From Idiomarina loihiensis L2TR (GTDB taxonomy: Bacteria; Pseudomonadota; Gammaproteobacteria; Enterobacterales; Alteromonadaceae): a DNA stretch of 32,000 nucleotides. The stretch covers positions 2,340,001 to 2,372,000 of the forward strand of contig NC_006512.1 of the NCBI RefSeq assembly GCF_000008465.1, given 5' to 3'. The translations under genes and the position numbers were made by a program. The first letter of the stretch is position 1; each line of letters opens with the position of its first letter. The notes beneath the pieces were generated by a model. It ran no database searches. It was given only the letters and a program-made list of their open reading frames with translations, and was not told where the DNA came from. Of the stretch, positions 1-7,449 are shown in pieces.

Positions 1-5
1 GCTAT

Positions 6-932
6 TTACATCACACCATCATTACTTTTGAAACGCTGTAGCATAAAATCAATAAACAGCCTTACCCTGTATGGAATATTTTCTCTGTCCCGGTAGAGCA
101 TTTCACACCCGCGAGCCTGGTTGCTCCAGGCCGGTAAAATGTGTTGAATTTTGCCTGACTCGAGCAGAGGTTGCGCGTGGTAGTCGGGAATAAAGCCAAC
201 GCCTATGCCACCCGCTATCACTTCAGTCAGTAAACTCATGTCATCCACTTTTAAGCGTATGTTGTCGGTAGCCGTATAAGCCTGCTTTTCACCCGAGTGA
301 ATATGCTGCAGACTCCAGGTCAGCATAGGCGAACACAGCACCGTGGGTAACCCGGCTAAGTCGGCGGGAGCCTTTATGTGGGATACATCCAAATTTGCCG
401 GACCGCAAATAGCAAAACGAATATTGGTTAACTGTCGGCCAATCCAGTGAGTTGCGCTGTGATGACCAATGCGAAAAGCCAGGTCCATGGCTTCTTCATC
501 AATGTCTATAGTTTGGTTGGATAGCTTTAAGTCGAGCTCAATGTCCGGATACTGCCTCATAAACGCATTAAAATGATGAACCAGTACCTGAACGCTGAAA
601 TTAATTGGGGCAGAAATTCTTATCGTACCCTTGGCCTCGTTTCTGTCCTGCTGCAGGCATGCAGCCACATTGTCCAGCTCGTCGAAAATGGGCGCACTTC
701 TGCGATAATACCGTTGCCCCGCAAAGGTTAGTTGCACACGGTGAGCGTCCCTATTAAAAAGCCGCAACGCTAAGTCTTGTTCCAGCTTGGCAATTCTGCG
801 ACTGAGTGTGGAAAGCGGCATTTGTAAGGCAACCGCCGCTTGTTTAAAACTGCCATACTGCGCCACCATGCAGAAGCAGCGCATGTCATCCAGTGAGTAA
901 TTAGGTTTCATATTTGGAATTTTAATTCCCAT
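6..932 (-). CDS. LysR-family transcriptional regulator
   Basis: 308-aa ORF. The N-terminal winged-HTH 'SFKQAAVALQMPLSTLSRRIAKLEQDL' is typical of LTTRs and is followed by a co-inducer-binding-type domain. It is divergent from a DMT transporter gene. Confidence 0.85.
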   Translation of the reverse strand: MGIKIPNMKPNYSLDDMRCFCMVAQYGSFKQAAVALQMPLSTLSRRIAKLEQDLALRLFNRDAHRVQLTFAGQRYYRRSAPIFDELDNVAACLQQDRNEAKGTIRISAPINFSVQVLVHHFNAFMRQYPDIELDLKLSNQTIDIDEEAMDLAFRIGHHSATHWIGRQLTNIRFAICGPANLDVSHIKAPADLAGLPTVLCSPMLTWSLQHIHSGEKQAYTATDNIRLKVDDMSLLTEVIAGGIGVGFIPDYHAQPLLESGKIQHILPAWSNQARGCEMLYRDRENIPYRVRLFIDFMLQRFKSNDGVM

Positions 933-939
933 TTTCTCT

Positions 940-956
940 TATTTATACCGTAAATA
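940..956. promoter_or_regulatory. Candidate LTTR operator: inverted repeat TATTTA-taccg-TAAATA (contains a T-N11-A core)
   Basis: Perfect 6-bp inverted arms with a 5-bp spacer in the 78-bp divergent lysR/DMT intergenic region, where LTTR boxes normally lie. Confidence 0.3.
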
Positions 957-1010
957 GAATCTATACACTGTCAGCCATGATTTCTCAAGTTTCTTCCTGC
1001 GGAGATACCT

Positions 1011-1937
1011 ATGAACCGTTCAGCCAATACAAACGCTGTTTTGCTATTACTATTATGCGCTTTTTTCTGGGGAGCTTCCTTTCCCGTAGGCAAACACGCT
1101 CTGGGAGAAGTTCACGCCCTGACGTTAGTTATTTGGCGTTTTGCTATAGCCGCCGCGTGTCTGTTTGCCTTTATAAAGTGGAAGCGCATACCCATACCCG
1201 AGTTAAAAGCTAAACAATGGCTGTGGGTAGTTGGTGTTTCCATTGTTGGCGTAGGCGGACTCAACCTTGGGTTATTCACTGGGCTGGCTCAAACCAACGC
1301 CAGTAATGGCGCTTTGATTATGGCGCTAAGCCCGTTAACCACATCGCTAATTGGCTCTTTATTACAACGTAAGCTGCTGACCCGCGGAGCCGTATTCAGC
1401 CTGGTGGTGTGCTTGTCGGGTGTATTGCTTGTGCTCACCAACGGCGAACTGAAACGCTTACTCAGTTTCGAATTCAACCACGGTGACCAGATCATCTTCT
1501 TAGGTATGCTGTGCTGGAGCCTGTATACCTACTTAACGCAAGGCATTAGCCGCTGGATGCCTATGATCCCCTACACCTTTATTGGCATGCTAGCCGGCCT
1601 TGGCGTTATTTCTGTAGTAGCGGCGTTTAGCGCAGAAGCCCACCCTGTCCAGGAAAGCCTGGCAATAAGCCAAATTGTCTTAGCCGACTTACTCTTCATT
1701 GGTGTTTTTGGCACCGTGGGTGGTTATTTACTGTGGATTTCCGGCGTTAAACAGCTTGGTGCCGCAAACGCCTCTTTGTTTTTCAACTTCGTGCCCATTT
1801 TTGCTGCACTCACGGCTGTAACTTTTGGCCAGAACGTGGCCAGTTTACAGCTACTGGGTATGGCTATTGTCATCTCCGGATTGCTGCTGCCGCGACTAAC
1901 TCATTGGCGACAGCAGCGTTTTGCGCGGATGGGTTAA
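1011..1937 (+). CDS. EamA/DMT-superfamily permease
   Basis: 308-aa highly hydrophobic ORF with about 10 predicted TM segments in two EamA-like halves. It is divergently paired with a LysR gene. Confidence 0.85.
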   Translation: MNRSANTNAVLLLLLCAFFWGASFPVGKHALGEVHALTLVIWRFAIAAACLFAFIKWKRIPIPELKAKQWLWVVGVSIVGVGGLNLGLFTGLAQTNASNGALIMALSPLTTSLIGSLLQRKLLTRGAVFSLVVCLSGVLLVLTNGELKRLLSFEFNHGDQIIFLGMLCWSLYTYLTQGISRWMPMIPYTFIGMLAGLGVISVVAAFSAEAHPVQESLAISQIVLADLLFIGVFGTVGGYLLWISGVKQLGAANASLFFNFVPIFAALTAVTFGQNVASLQLLGMAIVISGLLLPRLTHWRQQRFARMG

Positions 1938-2077
1938 GCAAAGTTGCTGGTGAGAATTGTTGCTTGTCATATCTAGCCACTATTCATAAAACCAATAACA
2001 CTTAATACAAACTATCCATTATACAAATAGCACGACCGGCGCAATACTAAGAACACTGTTTCAACCGGAGTGCTCTA

Positions 2078-2635
2078 ATGTCAAAAACGCTTATCTTACT
2101 TTTTCATCCCGATATAGCACGCTCAAGTGCCAATGCAGCCCTTTCCTCTGCCGCTTCAAGAATCGAAGATTTCGACATCTTCGATGTACAGCGAGCCTAC
2201 CCCAATGGCGAAATTGACACCGACGCCGAGGTACATCGCTTGTTGAACGCAGAGCGAATTGTCCTGCAGTACCCTATGCAGTGGTACGCTACCCCACCGA
2301 TATTAAAAGCATGGCTGGACGCGGTGTTAACACGACTTTTCTACATTAACTACGAGTCGGAGGGGCGCAGACTAGTAGGTACGCCAATAATGGTCTCGGT
2401 TACCGCCGGCAATACGCCTGATGCTTATAGCGAAGGCGGACGTAATATGTTCACCATGCTTGAGCTACTTGCTCCAATGCGAGCTACAGCCCATCGCTGT
2501 AACCTGACCTGGCACAGACCCTTTATCGTGTACCGTGCTAATCAGCTATCTCCGAGTGAGCTCAAAGTGGAAGGACTCCGCTACACAAAGGTATTAAAAT
2601 CCTGGATTTCATCATCCGCGCCGCAGAAGGCTTAA
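2078..2635 (+). CDS. Flavodoxin_2-fold NAD(P)H oxidoreductase (KefG/KefF / general stress protein 14-like)
   Basis: 185 aa. 'LILLFHPDIARSSANAAL', 'IVLQYPMQWYATPPILKAWLDAVL' and 'SVTAGNTPDAY' match the KefG/KefF pattern (E. coli KefG 'VLLLYAHPESQDSVAN...[23 protein letters not shown]'). A GGAG sequence lies 7 nt upstream of the ATG. Confidence 0.8.
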   Translation: MSKTLILLFHPDIARSSANAALSSAASRIEDFDIFDVQRAYPNGEIDTDAEVHRLLNAERIVLQYPMQWYATPPILKAWLDAVLTRLFYINYESEGRRLVGTPIMVSVTAGNTPDAYSEGGRNMFTMLELLAPMRATAHRCNLTWHRPFIVYRANQLSPSELKVEGLRYTKVLKSWISSSAPQKA

Positions 2636-2637
2636 TA

Positions 2638-3555
2638 TTATTGAATAGAAGTTGCGATACCCTCTTTTTGGAAGAGATGTTGTAGCGTTTCGATTACATG
2701 TTTTACAACCAAATCGCTATCTCTTCGTGCATGCCAGGCTAAATGCAGACTGAAGCCTGGCACCGCGATGGGCGGCTCAAAAATAGCCAGCCCCTGGGGG
2801 TCAGAAAGACAATTCATGGGCGTGGTCGCAATCATATCGGTGGCTTTAATCAAGGGGTCGATCATAGTGAAATTTGGTACAACAGCACCAACATGGCGAA
2901 CTTTTCCTTGTTGAGCTAGTACTTCTTCCACGGACCCGCGTGCATTCCCCTCCCCGGAAACAACGATATGTGGCCAAGCCAACCATTCGTCCGCGTTAAA
3001 CTTCTGCGCGGCAGGATGCGAGGCCCGCATGGCCACAACATAGCTTTCATATGCAATTTGTTGCCGATAAAATTTTGGAGGCAACGCAGGAAAGGTTGAA
3101 ATTGCAATGTCGGCCTCGCCATTCTCAAGACGATGAAGTGCGTCCTTACTGCTGCGCCATGGCAATAACGATAAATTCACTTTTGGCGCACTGGTACTTA
3201 ATTTAGTTAAAAGATGGGTCATGACGATAAGTCCTGGTTGATCCGCCATTATTAAGCGAACCGTTTGCCGAACTTGCGTCAATTCAACTTTAGGTATCTC
3301 CACAATAGCCGTTATAGCAAGCAAAGCCTGGGACAGCGGCTCTTTTAACGACTGTGCTTTAGCCGTTAATCGCATCTCACCGGCAACACGCTCTAATAAT
3401 GGATCATCAAAAATATGTCGACACCTGTCTAGAGCATTACTCGTTGCTGGTTGCGACAAAGCAAGACGTCGAGCGGCCCGCGTTACATGTTGCTCTTCTA
3501 GCAAAGCATGCAAAATTACCAGCAGGTTAAGATCCAAAGAGCGAAGATTGACCAT
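2638..3555 (-). CDS. LysR-family transcriptional regulator
   Basis: 'LRSLDLNLLVILHALLEEQHVTRAARRLALSQPATSNALDRCR' is a canonical LTTR wHTH. The ORF is open up to 3633, but the internal Met at 3555 gives the usual LTTR N-terminus, so the start is uncertain (3555 or 3633). Confidence 0.8.
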   Translation of the reverse strand: MVNLRSLDLNLLVILHALLEEQHVTRAARRLALSQPATSNALDRCRHIFDDPLLERVAGEMRLTAKAQSLKEPLSQALLAITAIVEIPKVELTQVRQTVRLIMADQPGLIVMTHLLTKLSTSAPKVNLSLLPWRSSKDALHRLENGEADIAISTFPALPPKFYRQQIAYESYVVAMRASHPAAQKFNADEWLAWPHIVVSGEGNARGSVEEVLAQQGKVRHVGAVVPNFTMIDPLIKATDMIATTPMNCLSDPQGLAIFEPPIAVPGFSLHLAWHARRDSDLVVKHVIETLQHLFQKEGIATSIQ

Positions 3556-3883
3556 ATCAATTACCAAGGTTAAAAGAGACTGAATCGAACCGGTAAATTC
3601 GGAGGTGTATCTGTTTAAATCATGCTGCCTCATCTTCTGCTAATTGTCGATAACGGCTACTTTTATATTCGGCAGGTGTGATATCTCTGATGATATTGAA
3701 CCGTTTCATAATCCAAGAATGCATCGTGGACTGGCAAAACACGAGTAGCGGTTTAGTGCGATTTTAAACCGGACGAGATAAGGGGGGGGAGAATCCGAGA
3801 GAGCTTCGCAAAGTCAAACAGGAACTCCCCGAATCTTCACCATTTCACCTCTCACATACGGCTGCTGACTCAGGTGATTGTGC

Positions 3884-3902
3884 GAGCTACATAAGAGCCA
3901 TT
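3884..3902 (+). repeat. Left copy of a 19-nt direct repeat (GAGCTACATAAGAGCCATT)
   Basis: Matches 7450-7468 (GAGCTACATAAGCGCCATT) at 18 of 19 positions in the same orientation. The two copies bracket the AT-rich four-gene islet. Confidence 0.5.
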
Positions 3903-4186
3903 GGAGAAGTTTGTATTCCCGCCTGAAAACATCCTATCAAATTTCTATACGACGCTAACTTTGATATGGAAACAGGGGAGATAAGGTTAGGCCAGTACGA
4001 CCGAAAGCCGTTATTTAAAGTTGTTGGTTTGCAGTCCAATGGTAAGCATCTTTTAACCAGAACTGAAAGCTGGCATCGGTGTTCCGAGTCTGGGGCGGCA
4101 TAGCCGCCTTCCTTGGAGTACTGGGAATAACTGTACTAATTTTTTAACGCAAGGTAAACTTTGCCCATCTTTAAGGCTGTAAATTA

Positions 4187-4765
4187 ATGAGCAAGATGCT
4201 ACGTGACATCGACATTAGACAATCCCTAATCGAACATTTAACTACTAGGTTTAAGTCTGAATATAAGTTGGTTGAGGAGCTCAGCATCTCTGACAAAAGA
4301 GCAAGAGCCGACGTCGTCGTTTTAGCAAAGAGCCTCTTCAACTACGAAATTAAAAGTGACGTCGATTCACTTTCGCGCTTCACAACTCAAATGTTCTTTT
4401 ACGATAGAGTTTTTGAACGAAATTTTATCGTCACTACAGACAAGCACTTAGCGAAGGCAATAGAGCTCTTGCCAAGCCACTGGGGGCTCCTCTCTGCTTC
4501 TCCGAATAGACAAGGGAGTGTAAAAATAAAAACTATTAAAGCCGCAAAAATGAGCCCTCACTGGGAGCCCGCCACGGCGCTTTTTACACTTTGGAAATCG
4601 GAGCTAATCGATATATATGAAGAGCTAAAGCTCACAGGGCCTACAAAATCATTAAGCAGAGAACAGTTGATTGAAGAAATTTCCACTAGCTCAAAACGAG
4701 GTCTTAAGCAGTCCTTTAAGAAAGCTTTAACAACCAGGGACTTCACTAGTAGTTTAAGAAAGTAG
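4187..4765 (+). CDS. PD-(D/E)xK-type nuclease-like protein (sce7726 / MmcB-like family)
   Basis: 192 aa. 'VEELSIS..RARADVVVLAKSLFNYEIKSDVDSLSRF' gives an E30/E31...D42...E54-x-K56 arrangement. The downstream 'YDRVFERNFIVTTDKH...LPSHWGLL' resembles the sce7726/MmcB family layout as I remember it. It is convergent with the Beta-family gene and their 3' ends overlap by 12 nt. Confidence 0.6.
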   Translation: MSKMLRDIDIRQSLIEHLTTRFKSEYKLVEELSISDKRARADVVVLAKSLFNYEIKSDVDSLSRFTTQMFFYDRVFERNFIVTTDKHLAKAIELLPSHWGLLSASPNRQGSVKIKTIKAAKMSPHWEPATALFTLWKSELIDIYEELKLTGPTKSLSREQLIEEISTSSKRGLKQSFKKALTTRDFTSSLRK

Positions 4766-5830
4766 TCTACCCATATATGTAATATGAGCCAATGTAGTTA
4801 CTTCTACCCATTTTGACGCCCCACCGCAGGAGGGAACTTTTCCGCGTCTAGGTTTATATACAAGGTTTTCGCGCTTTGCCACTTTTTCAATATATTCTTC
4901 AGCTTCGCAGTAGTAAGCGCGGAAAAAATCAACGTTTATAACTTTCTCAGCCAAATCGAAAAACTGACCGGTTCCGAACCTACGCATCCCTCCACCTCGA
5001 ACTACATATAATTCCCGTTCATCAGTGTAAATTATCTTGGGGGTTTGAACGTCATACATTATTTCCGGAGCGATATCTGCATCCGAATACTCAGGCGAAA
5101 CAACCCCATAATCTCCATAAACTAAACCGAGCTCTCTGTATTTTTCCCAAAGAACCCACTCAACTCGTTTTTTTCTTAGTTCAGAGTGAGGTTTCAATAG
5201 CTCAGATATAGATTTAGGAATTGAGGACGATGTCAATATAAAGTAATTAAAAGTTATTTTGCTTTCACTTATTAAAGTAAAAAAATCTTCGAGGTTTATT
5301 TCTTGATCAAAACTCTCAAGGTCTAATTGAACTCGGAAATCTATAATCAGGGCTAAATCAATATGGCTAGGAATTTCAGAAACCAAATCCTCCAGCTCCT
5401 CTGTAAGAGTTCTAGGAGCGCTAAATTCGCTTGAGTCGACCCTGACGAAAATAGTATCAAAATTATCAACTCTATCGATCACAGCCCTGTTATGATTTTC
5501 GGTACGGTCCAAACCAATAACTGGGGAGCAATCTAAATCTGAAAAGGTTTCTAGTACATAGTCATAAAGATGCGTTTTTTCAATTAACACATCTTCATCC
5601 AAGTCGTATATATCAATAACAAACGGAAAATAGGCCTTATCTTGTGCTGCTTTCATTTGTCTATAAGAAAGATCAACTTTGCCTTTAATCGCTTCTTCTG
5701 TCTCTTCCTCTGATTTCGGGATATCAAAAAAGGGAGTGCAAAGTCCGTCATTTTCTTTCGTCAACTTTACAAAAGCAGAAAGCTCGTTTTTTTTTAACTT
5801 TAGAAAAGAAACGTAGTTGTTAATATCCAA
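4754..5830 (-). CDS. Beta-family protein (PF14350, phage P4 beta / sce7725-like)
   Basis: 358 aa. The N-terminus 'YVSFLKLKKNELSAFVKL....PFFDIP' matches the family signature (Y-x-P-x-LK-x-K-x-gE-x-x-AL...P-l-x-e). The C-terminal 'YGDYGVVSPEY...PKIIYTDERELYVVRG...GQFFDLAEKV...FF' matches the conserved C-terminal block. Its start overlaps the upstream M78 gene by 11 nt. Confidence 0.65.
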   Translation of the reverse strand: MDINNYVSFLKLKKNELSAFVKLTKENDGLCTPFFDIPKSEEETEEAIKGKVDLSYRQMKAAQDKAYFPFVIDIYDLDEDVLIEKTHLYDYVLETFSDLDCSPVIGLDRTENHNRAVIDRVDNFDTIFVRVDSSEFSAPRTLTEELEDLVSEIPSHIDLALIIDFRVQLDLESFDQEINLEDFFTLISESKITFNYFILTSSSIPKSISELLKPHSELRKKRVEWVLWEKYRELGLVYGDYGVVSPEYSDADIAPEIMYDVQTPKIIYTDERELYVVRGGGMRRFGTGQFFDLAEKVINVDFFRAYYCEAEEYIEKVAKRENLVYKPRRGKVPSCGGASKWVEVTTLAHITYMGRLLS

Positions 5831-6701
5831 AATAATCCCTTATATTTATCCTGTTTACTATATCTGAAAATATCGTGTAGTTATTAGTTTCCTTTCTCAC
5901 TCGGCCAGCCACAATTGCAGGATGCACGCCTGCTTTATCCGCTATCAAGTGTAAATTTTTAATAGACGGTTTGAAGGTACTTATATTTTGAGCCTTTCTC
6001 CAGATACTTCTTGGAATAAGGTTATTTTGGGCAAATATATCTGCCTCACTCTCCAGTTTAGAGTCATTATCAAACTCCATATCCTTTGAATCTAGTATTG
6101 GTTCACTTATATTTTCTAGATGTTGGCTAACATGACCTAGCTCATGGAACAAAGTAAACCAAAAATGATCTATTCTTGGATATCTAAGGCTTAGCCCTAT
6201 ATATGGCCTGCCATCTATTGTTTTTCCCGTCACCCCATCAGTTTTTGATTTTGGTAGCGCTTTTTCCACAATTAATATTATTCCTACGCTCTCTAATACA
6301 TCTATGACATTACTGTAGTTTTCCGGGTCTCTACTTAAAACTTTAAGCTCATTTAAAGTATCCTTACTGAGCTCATCATATCTAGCAATACTCTTTTCTA
6401 TACACGTTTTATTTGCTTTATCCTCTACAATCTTTGCCCATAAAAAAGACTCATCCCTCTCTTCTTCAAGGTTTCGTCTAAATAGTCTGGAGCCCGAGGT
6501 CGAGTTTCGTAATAAAAATTCTCCAATACTTCTCGTTGAGTTGTCTTTTATTACACCTGTGCTAATTAAATCTTTTACTAAACTCTTATTACTAAGCCTC
6601 TTAGCATAAGACCATAATTTTGCTAATTCTCGTATAGAACAGTCGTTCTCGCTAGGCCTATGACCATTAATCTGAGATAAGTGAAAGTCTAGATCATTCA
6701 T
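5820..6701 (-). CDS. ImmA/IrrE-family (M78, COG2856) zinc metallopeptidase
   Basis: It has the HEXXH motif 'FTLFHELGHVSQH' and the downstream 'ESEADIFAQNNLIP' (family pattern E-x-E-A-N-x-F-A...P). The preceding 'VLESVGIILIV...DG...PYIGLSL' is typical of the IrrE N-terminal-like domain. The ORF is open to 6737, but the Met at 6701 forms an ATGAATGA overlap with the GNAT stop codon, so I take it as the likely start. Confidence 0.8.
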   Translation of the reverse strand: MNDLDFHLSQINGHRPSENDCSIRELAKLWSYAKRLSNKSLVKDLISTGVIKDNSTRSIGEFLLRNSTSGSRLFRRNLEEERDESFLWAKIVEDKANKTCIEKSIARYDELSKDTLNELKVLSRDPENYSNVIDVLESVGIILIVEKALPKSKTDGVTGKTIDGRPYIGLSLRYPRIDHFWFTLFHELGHVSQHLENISEPILDSKDMEFDNDSKLESEADIFAQNNLIPRSIWRKAQNISTFKPSIKNLHLIADKAGVHPAIVAGRVRKETNNYTIFSDIVNRINIRDYFGY

Positions 6702-7311
6702 TACAAAGCTCCTCAGCAACATTTTGAGGCATCTCAAAATATGTCAAACCTTGCTTATCTGAACTCGAAGGAATACGCTGCATTCCGATTTTGGTGTAAT
6801 ACGGGCATGACTGCGGTAGAGAGTGCAATGAGCAACCTTGTCGATACCCCTCGCTTTCGTTGAAGTATTTAAGTGTAACCTTAATTAACCCCGTACCAAG
6901 CCCTTTTTTAGGTGTTGTAGTTTGCGAGACTTTAGCTCTGTTCCAAGGCGCTACACAGATATACTCTATATAAAATATATTTTGTGTATCTATCTCGGAC
7001 GTAACTGGGTGCTTTGTAATGACTACCGCTTCAATTGATTCGCCACTCTCAGCGGAAAACCATTTATACTCATCGTTAGAGAAGGCTAGCGCTTTACTAG
7101 CCCAATTCCAATGAAAATCCTGAAAGCCCTCATCCATTAAGCATTCAATGATCTCTTCTTCAGTCTCGGCCTGATGTTTTTCACAGACATCGTTAATTAA
7201 CAATGCTAGAGAAGCACTCCACTCGTCGTTAAATTTTAAAACCTTCTTTATATCTTGTCCTTCCAGGTAATCAATACCCAATCCATTATCTGAGGCGATA
7301 TTGTTGCGCAT
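6694..7311 (-). CDS. GNAT-family N-acetyltransferase (atypical, islet-encoded)
   Basis: 205 aa. 'IFYIEYICVAPWNR...KKGLGTGLIKVTLKYF' looks like beta4/motif A (R/Q-x-x-G-x-G/A) with an insertion. 'CSLHSLPQSCPYYTKIGM' resembles the C-terminal GNAT motif B (..A..fY.k.GF). AAGGA lies 6 nt upstream of the ATG. This is the first gene of the three-gene operon. Confidence 0.6.
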   Translation of the reverse strand: MRNNIASDNGLGIDYLEGQDIKKVLKFNDEWSASLALLINDVCEKHQAETEEEIIECLMDEGFQDFHWNWASKALAFSNDEYKWFSAESGESIEAVVITKHPVTSEIDTQNIFYIEYICVAPWNRAKVSQTTTPKKGLGTGLIKVTLKYFNESEGYRQGCSLHSLPQSCPYYTKIGMQRIPSSSDKQGLTYFEMPQNVAEELCNE

Positions 7312-7393
7312 TTTTAATCCTTTAACTAAAGCGTCTCAATTTTTAGAAAAAACGAGGAGTATCTTTGGGACTTAATAATGAGGATGTAGCTTC

Positions 7394-7414
7394 AATATAC
7401 ATGTGCTGTATATT
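7394..7414. promoter_or_regulatory. Inverted repeat AATATACA-tgtgc-TGTATATT upstream of the islet operon (possible operator)
   Basis: Perfect 8-bp arms with a 5-bp spacer, 83-103 bp upstream of the GNAT start codon. It lies within a cluster of AGCTACA(T) motifs. Confidence 0.3.
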
Positions 7415-7449
7415 TTTTCAACGTAAAATCGAATAAAGCAGCTACAACA

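Noticed and set aside
977-1213. 78-aa plus-strand ORF overlapping the start of the DMT transporter gene
   Set aside because: It is out of frame with, and almost wholly contained in, the 308-aa EamA-type ORF, which has clear membrane-protein character. Its composition is Arg/Ser-rich, as is typical of off-frame translation.
3634-3790. Short minus-strand frame '...MHSWIMKRFNIIRDITPAEYKSS...', reminiscent of the C-terminal '..SP.EY..' end of IS3/rve-type transposases
   Set aside because: It is only ~45 codons between stops, and the similarity rests on about 5 residues. No inverted repeats or further transposase-like sequence are visible. It is too weak to call a mobile-element remnant.
3821-3842. 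'ggaactccccgaatcttcacca', which looks superficially like a tRNA 3' end (GAATC...CCA) and so a possible att remnant
   Set aside because: It cannot be folded into T-stem/T-loop/acceptor geometry. It also shares no extended identity with the 3' half of the adjacent tRNA-Ile2.
3966-4103. 45-aa ORF (METGEIRLGQYDRKPLFKVVGLQSNGKHLL...) in the ORF-free tract
   Set aside because: It has no Shine-Dalgarno upstream, no recognisable motif, and it ends inside a hairpin. It is kept only as a note under the ORF-free-tract finding.
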